64,000 nt of DNA, from positions 3,845,664 to 3,909,663 of the forward strand of contig OZ244973.1 in NCBI GenBank assembly GCA_965222885.1. The letters run 5' to 3'. Made by a program: the position numbers and the translations under genes. Within the stretch, counting starts at the first letter, position 1. Every line of letters starts with the position of its first letter. Source of the DNA: Terriglobia bacterium (GTDB taxonomy: Bacteria; Acidobacteriota; Terriglobia; UBA7540; JAPUME01). The notes below the pieces were generated by a model that worked only from the letters and a program-made list of their open reading frames with translations, searched no databases and had not been told where the DNA came from. Positions 56,117-64,000 of the stretch are shown piece after piece.

Positions 56117-56300
56117 TGCCGGTAGGCGAACAGGTCGTTTCGCTGACCTTCACTGCGGGCATTATACCTGAAGAAATCTCATTCCGTCCCTGGCGGCATC
56201 CGCGCTGCCTGTCGGCAGAGAGATCACTCCCCGCCACGTTTCCCGGATTTGAAGCGGCGCCGCGAGTCCGATATGATGGACAAGATAAAATGGAGAACTC

Positions 56301-57491
56301 GTGAAGAACTGCTTCTTTCTTGGATCAGCGATCATTCTGGCTTCGCTTTTAAGCCCTCGGGGGACGGCGGCTCCATCGTCAGCCCCCGCTCACTCCGCCT
56401 CCCAGACCCATTTTTACAATATGGAATACGACGAGGCCATCCGTATCCTGAAAATCCATCTGGAAAATCATCCCCGGGACCTGCGTGCGTTGAACTACCT
56501 GGCCACGGCGCTCCTCTATCGCGAGATGAATCGCTGGGGAATTCTCGAAAAGCTCCTACTCGGCCAGACCCGAGCCGTGACCAAGGGGAAAAAACCCTTG
56601 ATGGCCGCCTCTTTCAAGGAGGAATTTTTGTCAGCCATCGAAGCAGTCCAACAAACCTGCCACCAACGGCTGGCCCGCGACCCCGAGGATAAAACGGCCC
56701 GCTATTGGCTGGGTGTCGGTCGTTCCACTCTAGGAACCTATCGCTATGCGCTGGCCAAGTCCTACCTCGGTGCCTTAAAGGAGGCCAAGGCATCGCGAAA
56801 GATCCACGAGGAACTTTTTGCGGAAGACCCGGGCCACATCGATGCCGAACTGATCCCGGGAGTGCACGAATACATCCAGGGTAGTCTGCCCTGGATCGTC
56901 AAAGTAATGGGTTCGCTGGTGGGAATTTCGGGAAACAAGAAAAAAGGCCTGCGGATGGTGGAACAGGTCAGCCGGAAAGGAGACCTGGCTCACAGGGATG
57001 CCCAGTTCGTATTGGTCCTCCTCTACCTGCGCGAAAAACGTTATCAGGATCGTCTGGCAGTTCTCAAAGAGTTATCGCACACCTATCCGAGAAATTACCT
57101 GCTGGTATTGGGCCTGGCGGATACCCACGAAGGGTTGGGAAATCAGCAGGAGGCTCTTGCAGCTTATCAAAAACTGCTCGACCGCTCCTCAGATCGCTCG
57201 ACTCTCTCGCAGCCCTTCCCGATTACCCGGGCCGGCTACCAAGCCGGATCGCTGCATGAAAAGCTGGGACAATCGGAAAAAGCTCTCTCCGTTTATGAAG
57301 CCGCCCTCAACGGCAAAAAGGAAATGGATGTCTATGCTCTGCGAGCCGGCTTGGCCGCCGCCAAGATTTATGAGAAACGGAACCAGCCCCAAGATGCGAT
57401 TCAAATTTACCAGCAGATCGGGGAGGCTCGCCCGCAAAGCAAGGAAGGTAAAATGGCCCGGCGGGCACTGAAAAAGCTGGGACGCTTGTAA
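56301..57491 (+). CDS. secreted tetratricopeptide-repeat protein
   Basis: It has a signal peptide and repeated TPR-like helices (YDEAIRILKIHLENHPRD..., QEALAAYQKLLD, EKALSVYEAAL, QDAIQIYQQI). The start is GTG with a GGAGA RBS. Confidence 0.8.
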   Translation: MKNCFFLGSAIILASLLSPRGTAAPSSAPAHSASQTHFYNMEYDEAIRILKIHLENHPRDLRALNYLATALLYREMNRWGILEKLLLGQTRAVTKGKKPLMAASFKEEFLSAIEAVQQTCHQRLARDPEDKTARYWLGVGRSTLGTYRYALAKSYLGALKEAKASRKIHEELFAEDPGHIDAELIPGVHEYIQGSLPWIVKVMGSLVGISGNKKKGLRMVEQVSRKGDLAHRDAQFVLVLLYLREKRYQDRLAVLKELSHTYPRNYLLVLGLADTHEGLGNQQEALAAYQKLLDRSSDRSTLSQPFPITRAGYQAGSLHEKLGQSEKALSVYEAALNGKKEMDVYALRAGLAAAKIYEKRNQPQDAIQIYQQIGEARPQSKEGKMARRALKKLGRL

Positions 57492-57583
57492 GCTCCGACC
57501 CCGTGGAGCGAATAGAGATGCAGCCTTCTCACCCTCGCGTTTCAGCGCTGAAAAAACAATCTATCGGGTGGGAAACGCTCGTT

Positions 57584-58903
57584 TCAGTCAACCATCACAG
57601 ACTTGGGTGCCGGGGAGGACCGCTTCTGGATGGGCACGTAATCCCGTTTTCCATATCCCGTATAGATCTGTCGGGGCCGCGCGATTTTTTGCTCCTTGTC
57701 CTCCAACATCTCGATCCACTGCGCAATCCAACCCGGCATCCGCCCGATGGCGAATAACACCGGATACATCTCCACCGGGAATCCCATGGCTTGGTAAATG
57801 AGCCCGCTGTAAAAGTCCACGTTGGGGTAAAGGCGGCGCCGGACGAAATACTCATCCTGAAGAGCAATCCGCTCCAGTTCCAAAGCAATATCCAGCAGCG
57901 GATTCCGCCCTGTAACCTCGAAGACCTGATCGGCAATGACTTTAATGATCCGAGCGCGCGGGTCATAGTTCTTGTACACGCGGTGGCCGAATCCCATCAA
58001 GCGGATTTCGCCCTGTTTCACTCGCTCGATATAGCCGGGGACGTTTTTAACATCGCTGATCTGCTCGAGCATCCGCAGCACCTGTTCGTTGGCTCCGCCG
58101 TGCAAGGGCCCGTAGAGAGCCGCCGCCGCCGCCGCCGCCGAGCAGTAGGGGTCCGCCTGCGAGCTACCGACGCCCCGCATGGCACTGGCGCTGCAATTCT
58201 GTTCATGGTCAGCGTGCAGAATGAAAAGAACGTCCAGAGCTCTCTCAAGAACCGGGTCGGGCATGTACTTCGGCTCGCTCATCTTCCACAGCATATTCAG
58301 GAAGTTTCCCGTGTAGCTCAAGTTGTTGTCGGGATAGACCATCGGCAACCCCCGCGTGTGCCGGAAGGAAAACGCCGCCAAGGTGGGGGCCTTGGCAATC
58401 AGGCGATAGATATCCTTCCGCCGGCGTTCGGGGTCGCGGATCTTTTTGGCCTCCGGGTAGAACGTGGAAAGAGCGCCCAACATGCTGACCAACATCCCCA
58501 TGGGGTGGGCATCGTACCGGAACCCCCACAGGAGTTTCTTCAGGTACTCATGAATAAAGGTATGCCGCATGATCTTGCGATGCCATTCCTCCAATTGTTC
58601 CTGGGAGGGCAACTCGCCATGGATCACCAGGTAGGCAGTTTCCAGGAAATTACTGTGCTCGGCCAGTTGCTCGATGGGATAACCTCGGTACCGGAGAATC
58701 CCTTGATCGCCGTCGATGAAAGTGATCTGGCTCCGGCAAGACGCGGTATTGGTGAAGGCCGGGTCGTACCCCATCAATCCGAAATCATCCTTCGAAACAG
58801 TGATCTGGCGGAGGTCCGCGGCCCGGATTGTCCCCTCTTTAATATCCACCTCGTAGGTTTTGCCCGTGCGATTATCCGTAATCGTGAGTGAATCTTTCGC
58901 CAT
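57584..58903 (-). CDS. gltA: citrate synthase (type II, hexameric-type length)
   Basis: GILRYRGYPIEQL, LHADHEQNCS, GPLHGGANE and MGFGHRVYK are the catalytic His/His/Asp blocks. Confidence 0.95.
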   Translation of the reverse strand: MAKDSLTITDNRTGKTYEVDIKEGTIRAADLRQITVSKDDFGLMGYDPAFTNTASCRSQITFIDGDQGILRYRGYPIEQLAEHSNFLETAYLVIHGELPSQEQLEEWHRKIMRHTFIHEYLKKLLWGFRYDAHPMGMLVSMLGALSTFYPEAKKIRDPERRRKDIYRLIAKAPTLAAFSFRHTRGLPMVYPDNNLSYTGNFLNMLWKMSEPKYMPDPVLERALDVLFILHADHEQNCSASAMRGVGSSQADPYCSAAAAAAALYGPLHGGANEQVLRMLEQISDVKNVPGYIERVKQGEIRLMGFGHRVYKNYDPRARIIKVIADQVFEVTGRNPLLDIALELERIALQDEYFVRRRLYPNVDFYSGLIYQAMGFPVEMYPVLFAIGRMPGWIAQWIEMLEDKEQKIARPRQIYTGYGKRDYVPIQKRSSPAPKSVMVD

Positions 58904-59228
58904 CGTATCAGTTCCTTACTTCTCCGGACGACTGGACTTATCGAAGCAGGCTTCCCCAGCCATCCAGGATCGTAGGGCAGCCGGAAGCCGGGCCCGGATC
59001 CCCTCGACGCACATTCTTGGGATACATTCGATTTTACAACATCCGCCTTCCAGTTCAACCCATTGATTGTCCGGCTGAGCAGCCGGCATCCTTGACCCGC
59101 CGGTAATCCAACCCGTCGCTTGGGGAAAAGTGTTGCGAATATAAGGCGAAAATTGACCGCCAGACCCATCTCGCGACGAGATTTCACGTTTCCCTCGGGC
59201 GGCGGACCGGCCGCCCGCCGAGAGGATC

Positions 59229-60110
59229 CTATACGTCCATATTTTTCAGATAGTTGTAGCTGATCCTGACGCTTTCAAGAGGCGGCCGGTCACCTCGGTC
59301 CTGCTCGACGAAGTAAAGCTCCACCCCCGCCTCACGAGCCGCCCCGAAGATCCGTTTCCAGTCGATGCGCCCCCGTCCCACCTCTGTAAAGGGATTGGGG
59401 ACGTAGCCCGTTTCCGTAGTGGGCCCATGTCCGGGCTTCAGGTCCTTGATGTGCAACAAGGCAAACCGGCCCGGGTAGCGACGGAAGTAATCGACCGGGT
59501 CTCGACCCGCAAAGGTGATCCAAAAGCAGTCGAGCTCCATATAGACCCATCGAGGGTCCGTGCGGCGAAGAAGCTCGTCGTAGGCAACCACCCCGCCGAA
59601 CGCCTTGAATTCGAAGTTGTGATTATGATAGGCAAGCCGGATGCCTGCCCGGTGGCACTTTTCACCGAAGCGGTTCAAGGCGTCGGCCACGTGTCGATAG
59701 GTGTCCAGCGATTTTCGATCGGCCTCCGCGATGGCCGGGCAAACCATGTAGCGAACGTCCATCTGCTGGGCATATTCGATCTGCAGCTCCCATCCCGAGC
59801 GCAGCGCCGAGGTCGGGAAGTGCGTGCTGGAACACTTCAACCCCTGCGCGCTCAGCATTCGGCGCATGGCAGCGCCCTTTTGAAGAAGTCCGGAGTGGAC
59901 CTCGACTTCCTCGTATCCGATCGCGGCGATTTTCTCGAGCGTCCCTTCAAGGTCTTTTTCACACTCTTTCCTCAAAGTCCATAGTTGGACTCCTATGGGG
60001 AGTCTCAAGGGGGCCGCCGACAAGCTCGCCGGGTGGCTCGCACCGACCGTCAACGCCGCAACGCCGGCAGCACTGTCGCGCAGAAAACGTCTTCGAGTCA
60101 TAGATGACAC
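59229..60110 (-). CDS. Tat-exported sugar phosphate isomerase/epimerase (xylose-isomerase-like TIM barrel)
   Basis: It has the twin-arginine signal TRRRFLRDSAAG. The layout GYEEVE...HNH..EF...D.FW is typical of the AP_endonuc_2 fold. Confidence 0.85.
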   Translation of the reverse strand: MSSMTRRRFLRDSAAGVAALTVGASHPASLSAAPLRLPIGVQLWTLRKECEKDLEGTLEKIAAIGYEEVEVHSGLLQKGAAMRRMLSAQGLKCSSTHFPTSALRSGWELQIEYAQQMDVRYMVCPAIAEADRKSLDTYRHVADALNRFGEKCHRAGIRLAYHNHNFEFKAFGGVVAYDELLRRTDPRWVYMELDCFWITFAGRDPVDYFRRYPGRFALLHIKDLKPGHGPTTETGYVPNPFTEVGRGRIDWKRIFGAAREAGVELYFVEQDRGDRPPLESVRISYNYLKNMDV

Positions 60111-60347
60111 GAACGATAACCCTCCGTGAGAAAAATGTGATTTGATGGCGCTGCGATCATACTCCGGCCTCCGTTGTCATTCCAAATCAATTTTTCGGTG
60201 GTGCATAGAGGCAGGCCCATCCCCGCCAGATCAGGCGGGCAGCATGGTTGCGTCTAAAAATCCAGTTTCACTCTTTTCGGCGACTGGATTTCGTCAAGAC
60301 TCCCCATTCAAGCTGGGCCGTTTCACGGTTCCCTTTGCGAGCCTAAG

Positions 60348-62234
60348 CTACTTTTCCCGGACAGGCAGAACCAAACAAGATGGATGTTCCGAGTCGTGAT
60401 ATACAGTATTGAGCGTAGGGGCCACATAGGTATGGCGTCCCAAAGGTTCCCCGGTGTTGGGGTTTAAGTCATACATCGGGAAATTGCTGCTGGAAATATC
60501 CAGTCTGATTTTGTGTCCCTTTCGGAACAAATTACTGGTAGCCCAGAGATCAATCGTAACCGGGTAGAGGGTTCCAGGATTCATCAACTCTTCTCGCCCG
60601 CGAGAGTTTCGGAAACGCATGCGCAGTATGCCGTCTTCCAGGTTCATGGCATATCCCGCCGGGTAATCCTCCGAGGGGGGATAAACGTCGATCAGCTTAG
60701 CGGTAAAATCCGTATCTTTCGCTTCGGAGGAGACCCACAGGTCAACACGGATCGGACCGGTGATCTCGAGGTCACGTTCCAACGGAGAGGTCGTGAAGGT
60801 CAGAACGTCGTGCCGCGCCGAGAGTGGCAGTCGATTGCCGGCGGCGAAGTAGTCCGGCGGCGGCACTTGGTTCTGCGCCCCCCGGGGCACCAAGTGCTTT
60901 CCGGAGTCGATATTCCCGCCCAGGGTTGGGACCGGGTTCCGAGGATCATATTGGAAGCGGCTGGGTACGGGTGACTGGGAGGGATTCATTTGAAGTGTAC
61001 CGTCCCCATGAAGGTAGAACTTTTGGTCTCGGAAACCCTTCGGGGGCCAGGTTTTTGCCGTTTTCCACACTCCCTCGCTCTGTAAACGGTCCGCCTTATT
61101 TTTCGATGTATCGCCTCCCCCCATCAAGAAATATTTGACGGCAGGGTCTTGTAAGATACCCAGGTCTTTCCCTTTCAAGAACTGGTCGAACCACCGCCCG
61201 GCCTCTTCAAGAATCGACATTTTGGCCTCGGGTCCGAAATCGACGTCCCCGGCATACGTTATACCCGTAGAGTGGGTCCAGGGCCCCATGCAAAGCTTCG
61301 TAAACGCTTTCCTCTGGGAAAGTCCCTCAAAGTTCTTCAGGGTTCCCCGCTTAAAAATGTCATACCAACCACCGACGAAGTAAATGGGAATATCCGGATA
61401 GCGGGAATGATATTCCTCAAAGTTATAGCCGATTTTTTTCCAATACTCGTCATACGTCGCATGCCGCCGCCAATCGGCATACCATTGTCGATAGCTCGGA
61501 GCCCACTCGAGGGGAGAATTAGACTTCAGAGGTGCCGCCAGGAGCCAGTCAGCCAGATGGTCATACCCGTTTTGTATGGCAACGGCAACCTTTGGATCCT
61601 TTCGGGCTTCTTTTCCCGAGAAGGCCAGGCGGAAGGAGTAGGCCATGTTGTGAAGCAACGCAAAGGCCCCTCCCCTCCCTGCCCCGTCTTCCACGTAATT
61701 GGACGTGCCGACCATCACGAACATTGTTTTGAGAAAGCGCGGCTTGTGCACGGCCAGGGCATTTTGAGTCGCAGCCAGGTAGGATTGTCCGTACGTTCCG
61801 ACCTCACCGTTACACCATTTCTGCCTGCCAACCCACTGGACTGCATCGTATCCATCCTCGCCTTCATTCACATAGATATAGAAATCGCCCTCCGATTCGT
61901 ACCTGCCGCGCACATCCTGTACGACGACCGCATAACCTCGATGGGCGAAGAACTCTGCTGTCGAGGTCACCCCACCTTTCCCGTAAGGAGTACGGATGAG
62001 TATGGCGGGAAAACGCCCGAGGCCAGCTTGGCCCTCGCCGGCAGGTAAGTAAATGTCGGTGGCCAATCGGACCCCGTCCCGAGCCGGCATCATCTCATTC
62101 TTCATCAACGTGACGGCCGGCGATTCAGCAAGGGAAAGACCGGCAGCGAGAATTACAGAGGAAGCCATCGAAAAAGACAGCACCGTGGAGAAGATAGCCA
62201 GGGACCTATGGCTTCGAGCAATCGGATCGTTCAT
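60348..62234 (-). CDS. CocE/NonD family hydrolase (S15 X-Pro dipeptidyl-peptidase-like)
   Basis: The blocks M.ARDGVRLATDIYLP, RTPYGK, DVRGR.ES.G and G.SY.. match the family. I chose ATG 62234, which has a GAGGTG RBS and a signal-like N-terminus. The ORF is open to 62390. Confidence 0.85.
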   Translation of the reverse strand: MNDPIARSHRSLAIFSTVLSFSMASSVILAAGLSLAESPAVTLMKNEMMPARDGVRLATDIYLPAGEGQAGLGRFPAILIRTPYGKGGVTSTAEFFAHRGYAVVVQDVRGRYESEGDFYIYVNEGEDGYDAVQWVGRQKWCNGEVGTYGQSYLAATQNALAVHKPRFLKTMFVMVGTSNYVEDGAGRGGAFALLHNMAYSFRLAFSGKEARKDPKVAVAIQNGYDHLADWLLAAPLKSNSPLEWAPSYRQWYADWRRHATYDEYWKKIGYNFEEYHSRYPDIPIYFVGGWYDIFKRGTLKNFEGLSQRKAFTKLCMGPWTHSTGITYAGDVDFGPEAKMSILEEAGRWFDQFLKGKDLGILQDPAVKYFLMGGGDTSKNKADRLQSEGVWKTAKTWPPKGFRDQKFYLHGDGTLQMNPSQSPVPSRFQYDPRNPVPTLGGNIDSGKHLVPRGAQNQVPPPDYFAAGNRLPLSARHDVLTFTTSPLERDLEITGPIRVDLWVSSEAKDTDFTAKLIDVYPPSEDYPAGYAMNLEDGILRMRFRNSRGREELMNPGTLYPVTIDLWATSNLFRKGHKIRLDISSSNFPMYDLNPNTGEPLGRHTYVAPTLNTVYHDSEHPSCLVLPVREK

Positions 62235-62582
62235 TGGCTTCAACACCTCGATAACGGTGGCGGCCATCTTAAGCTGTTTAGGGAGACAATTCAATGGGAC
62301 TGCACCGGAAGTCAGGAGACTGGCAACGGACGAAGACTCGTCCGTCGAAGAAATCTTCCCCCAGGCCTGGGGTGCCAGAGTTGAACCCATGCCAGAGGCG
62401 TGATGAGGTCGGTTGAGACCTGACCCCTCAACCGGATCAACGTCCGTTACGATAAGGGTACGACGCCTTTACTGCAAAGCCGGAAGATGAACGCTGGGCT
62501 TGGAACGGGAGATCAAACGGCTTACAATTCCCTGCCAAGGTGAACCAGGAAAGCTTATGGTAGTCCCTGGAGAACACAAATA

Positions 62583-63443
62583 ATGAGCGCAGCCATGAAG
62601 ATCAGCGTCGAGGAATCGGTGCGGGAACTCTCGGAAGGCACCGGATTCTTGCGATTCGAGGCCTTTTTCAGCAGCCGGCAAGTCACCCCAGCACGGGAGC
62701 TTATTTACTCATTGGCGGAAAATGAACCGGCCCGTGCCTCCCATTTCCACGGCGACGAAACACCGACAACCCAGAAGCGCATATGGAACCTGGTAGAGAA
62801 AGGCGAAATCTTCCGAACCCTGGCGGCTGATCCTCAAGTTCTGGCCATCCTGCAACCCCTCCTGGGGGAGGACCTCATGTTGAGTTCCATTGCCGCCAAT
62901 GTACTCTATCCGGGGGCGCCGGCCCAGGAACCTCATGTGGACTATCCCTACTGGGACCTGCACGCGCGCGCCCGTTGGCCGCGAACGTTGAACGCAAGCT
63001 TCTTTCTGGCCGTGGAGACCATCCTGATGCTCGACGAGTTTACCGAGGAAAACGATGCTACCTCGATAGTTCCAGGAAGCCAAAAACTTTGCCGCTGGCC
63101 GGATTCCCAGGCCTTCCGCGAAAACAGTATTCGCGTTACCGGACCTCCGGGGACTCTGCTCATGTTTCCCGCCCTTATGTGGCACGCAGGCCGGGCGAAT
63201 CAGACGCCCCAACCTCGGGCGGCCATACTCGGCTCCTACACCTGCAAGTCCGTCAAACCCATTGAGGATTGGAGCCGGTGTCTCAGCGCCGAAACCGTTG
63301 AGAAGTGCGATGAGCGGATGAGAGCTCTGTTGGGCATCGACTACCCTTACCCGGCTGTCATGGATCAACTGCCTGCCCGCAGCTCCGAAGGAACCCGGAG
63401 CAAGGAAAAGTTGATGGCACCGGCCCAGGACGCCTCCGTCTGA
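62583..63443 (+). CDS. phytanoyl-CoA dioxygenase (PhyH) family Fe(II)/2-oxoglutarate oxygenase
   Basis: PHVDYPYW (H-x-D), ...T..VPGS... and MWHAGRAN are the facial-triad His and Arg region typical of PhyH. Confidence 0.85.
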   Translation: MSAAMKISVEESVRELSEGTGFLRFEAFFSSRQVTPARELIYSLAENEPARASHFHGDETPTTQKRIWNLVEKGEIFRTLAADPQVLAILQPLLGEDLMLSSIAANVLYPGAPAQEPHVDYPYWDLHARARWPRTLNASFFLAVETILMLDEFTEENDATSIVPGSQKLCRWPDSQAFRENSIRVTGPPGTLLMFPALMWHAGRANQTPQPRAAILGSYTCKSVKPIEDWSRCLSAETVEKCDERMRALLGIDYPYPAVMDQLPARSSEGTRSKEKLMAPAQDASV

Positions 63444-64000
63444 GACCCGGCGGACGGGGGATTTCCTCACCACCCATCTTGGGCCAAAGACCTCGACGCC
63501 GATGGAGTTCCGGAAATCATCGTGATCCCCCGGGGCAAATCGCCTCACCTGCCGGCCGTCTATACCTTCCGGGAGGGTGAGCTTGTCGAAGCGCACGGAA
63601 GTTTTAGGAATTACTTCCAGCAACTTCTGGCTCGCCGACGCAGCCGTTGGCCAAGGGAGCCGAATCGATCAATTCAGCTTCTCCTGAATATAGTCCTGAA
63701 TCATGCGCTGCTCGGCTAGAAAGACGAAGGCCGGGGGTTTTTCTCCCAACCGATCGGCCGGGTCCAAGCGGAATGAGGTCTTAACGGTGCCAGCCGAGAG
63801 GCCTGTGAAAGCAACGTACAGATTCTCCTGGAGAGAACGAATCCCATCTCCAGATAGCTTTCTTTTGACGAGGCTTCGGGAAATCGAAATCCCGCAGCCG
63901 AGAATAGGGCGAGCAGGGGAGACTTTGCCTAAACTTTCGAGTGTAGAACCCGAATGGAAGGTATCCCGTCGGGAGCGGGTTCGAGTTCGAGGTCATAGAA

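Noticed and set aside
57791-58891. 366-aa plus-strand ORF
   Set aside because: It is antisense to citrate synthase. It is a shadow ORF.
62709-63623. 304-aa minus-strand ORF
   Set aside because: It is antisense to the PhyH-family gene and has no motifs.
1-64000. CRISPR arrays, rRNA genes, tmRNA, RNase P RNA
   Set aside because: I saw no regularly spaced direct repeats and no conserved cores of these RNAs on either strand. The only RNA gene I can support is tRNA-Ser.

Overview
This is a 64-kb window of a high-GC chromosome of Gram-negative type (LptE, TatA/TatC and a prepilin peptidase are present). The gene content is reminiscent of Acidobacteriota, but that is inference only. I call about 55 protein genes and one tRNA-Ser(UGA). 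I found no rRNA and no CRISPR array.

Most of the window is housekeeping:
- tatA-tatC, nadB, aroB-ubiE
- a GT2-GT4-pilD chain
- an acyl-CoA synthetase and rpsT
- a psd-pssA-asd-like-lptE-holA string
- tsaB
- a mutS-nagZ-anmK-SBP operon
- a STAS protein
- a desaturase plus B12/radical-SAM pair
- gltX
- an FAD-oxidase plus enolase-superfamily pair
- gltB
- a nagB-SSS-nagA operon
- gltA
- several hydrolases and oxygenases

Many neighbouring genes are coupled by 4-nt ATGA start/stop overlaps: aroB/ubiE, GT4/pilD, pssA/asd-like, mutS/nagZ, the oxidase/enolase pair, and the DUF4440 fragment with the ceramidase-like gene.

Two patches look accessory:
- **43.2-47.0 kb.** It holds a Tat-secreted beta-propeller-like protein, a nonsense-disrupted IS1595-type transposase remnant, and an orphan 431-aa protein. 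That protein has an N-terminal PLD-like fold lacking the HKD catalytic residues, and its GC content falls along its length.
- **52.6-56.1 kb.** This is an AT-richer islet abutting the 3' end of tRNA-Ser. It holds an intact GIY-YIG nuclease with an unrecognised N-terminal domain, a tyrosine-recombinase C-terminal fragment in the same frame right after its stop codon, an intact GmrSD-like DUF262/DUF1524 gene, and a 33-aa Mrr_N-type remnant.

These two patches are my best candidates for something new. A third is the Asd paralogue that appears to lack both catalytic residues and is translationally coupled to pssA. None of them can be proven from sequence alone. All functional calls rest on motif recognition by eye, with no searches run.
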